Below, piece by piece: positions 63,020 through 64,000 of a stretch of DNA of 64,000 bases. The notes below the pieces were generated by a model. The model saw nothing but the letters and a program-made list of their open reading frames with translations, did not search any database and was not told the DNA's origin. This DNA is from Harriotta raleighana (taxonomy: Eukaryota), in NCBI GenBank assembly GCA_050575255.1, contig JBNZDD010013725.1:11007761-11071760 (forward strand). The letters are read 5' to 3'. A program made the translations under genes and the position numbers. How positions within the stretch are numbered: position 1 is the first letter of the stretch; every line of letters begins with the position of its first letter.

Positions 63020-63310
63020 AGTAGCATCCTTGCATTTGATATTGCTTCCTTCACATTGGGAGGTAATCTTTTACACGATTAATGTGAAGTGGAGTGGCTG
63101 CGTAGTTAGTGGGGAAACAGAACAGCTAATGAATATTGAACAATGTCCCACATACAACCATGAAGTCAGGAACCAGTTTTATTTGGGTGTAATACTGGCC
63201 AGGACACAAAGAGAAACTTTTTTCTCTTTTGTGGGAAATGCTATCAGTGTTTCAACATCCAGCTGAATAGAAGGCCAGGACTTCAGTTTAATATCACATC
63301 AACAATGTAG
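63020..63310 (-). mobile_element. older DeuSINE remnant
   Basis: ATCCTTGCATTTGATAT..CAATGTCCCACATACAACCATG..TGGCCAGGACAC. Confidence 0.65.
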
Positions 63311-64000
63311 CAACCCCACCCCCACATGTACAAATGCACATACAAAACAAAAATAACTAGTTTTGTCATTTATATGTACTTTTTGACCATCTTAACGTAT
63401 CGCACTTTTAAGGGCAAAACTAGGATAAATTAACATAACCTGGAATAACGCCAAACCACAGGGAGTACCTGCTACTAAACCAATAATGTTAACGTCACAA
63501 AAGGCTTCTCATCAAATACTTTCTGGTGGTTACAGCTGCGTTGAGCAGACAGGAAGCATATGTAAGCAAATTATAATCATCTTTGAAGTTTATTTTATCT
63601 GTTTGAAATCCAAGAATTTTCTGAAATTCGAATAATTTTATATTTCTCTTTCAATTTATGGAATTTCATCTGTGTTTTAACATAAGGGCCTAATTTGTGG
63701 GATTATCATAACAGATTTCATAACAAGATTTGTGTCTTTTCCAAGTTTCTAAAACACTGAATGTGCTTGAGAATGTGTTCGGTAATGTTTCATTAATGTG
63801 TTCTCCAGCATATTCAATATTTTAGAAATTGGATAACTGCACATTTCTTCTACTAAGAAATACATTAAGGGAAAATGCATAATCCTGTCCCAAATCCAGA
63901 CAAACAAGACTGTAGTTAGCTCTTTCAGATCTCAACAAATTGAATGTCATGTTGGTCACAGTTTGAGGGATATTATAAATGTACCATCGGAATTAATATA

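Noticed and set aside
1-64000. CRISPR array, operon or prokaryotic defence system
   Set aside because: The sequence is clearly vertebrate non-coding DNA, with no regularly spaced repeats and no gene-dense regions.

Overview
AT-rich, CpG-poor vertebrate non-coding DNA (a large intron or intergenic region). The repeat content points to a cartilaginous fish, most likely the elephant shark Callorhinchus milii (inference). No intact protein-coding gene can be supported. The only ORF-track hits with recognisable protein similarity are decayed CR1 and L2 LINE ORF2 ends. The window is dominated by more than 20 copies of a tRNA-headed, Deu-core, L2-tailed SINE (long and short forms), an older SacSINE1-like SINE, 5'-truncated CR1 and L2 LINEs, and several MITEs. 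Best observations: (1) a 266-bp Penelope-like terminal-repeat insertion with a perfect 13-bp target-site duplication (TSD), carrying a degenerate type-I hammerhead ribozyme; (2) a tailless 28S rRNA peptidyl-transferase-centre fragment between 8-bp direct repeats; (3) an unclassified old dispersed repeat in about 5 copies; (4) a SINE variant whose 9-nt duplication rebuilds a perfect anticodon stem-loop; (5) templated-insertion scars; (6) weak minus-strand exon candidates. Duplications flanking single Ns are assembly artefacts. Repeat boundaries were read by eye and are approximate. Family names come from recalled consensus sequences, not searches. I found no evidence for a new multi-gene system.
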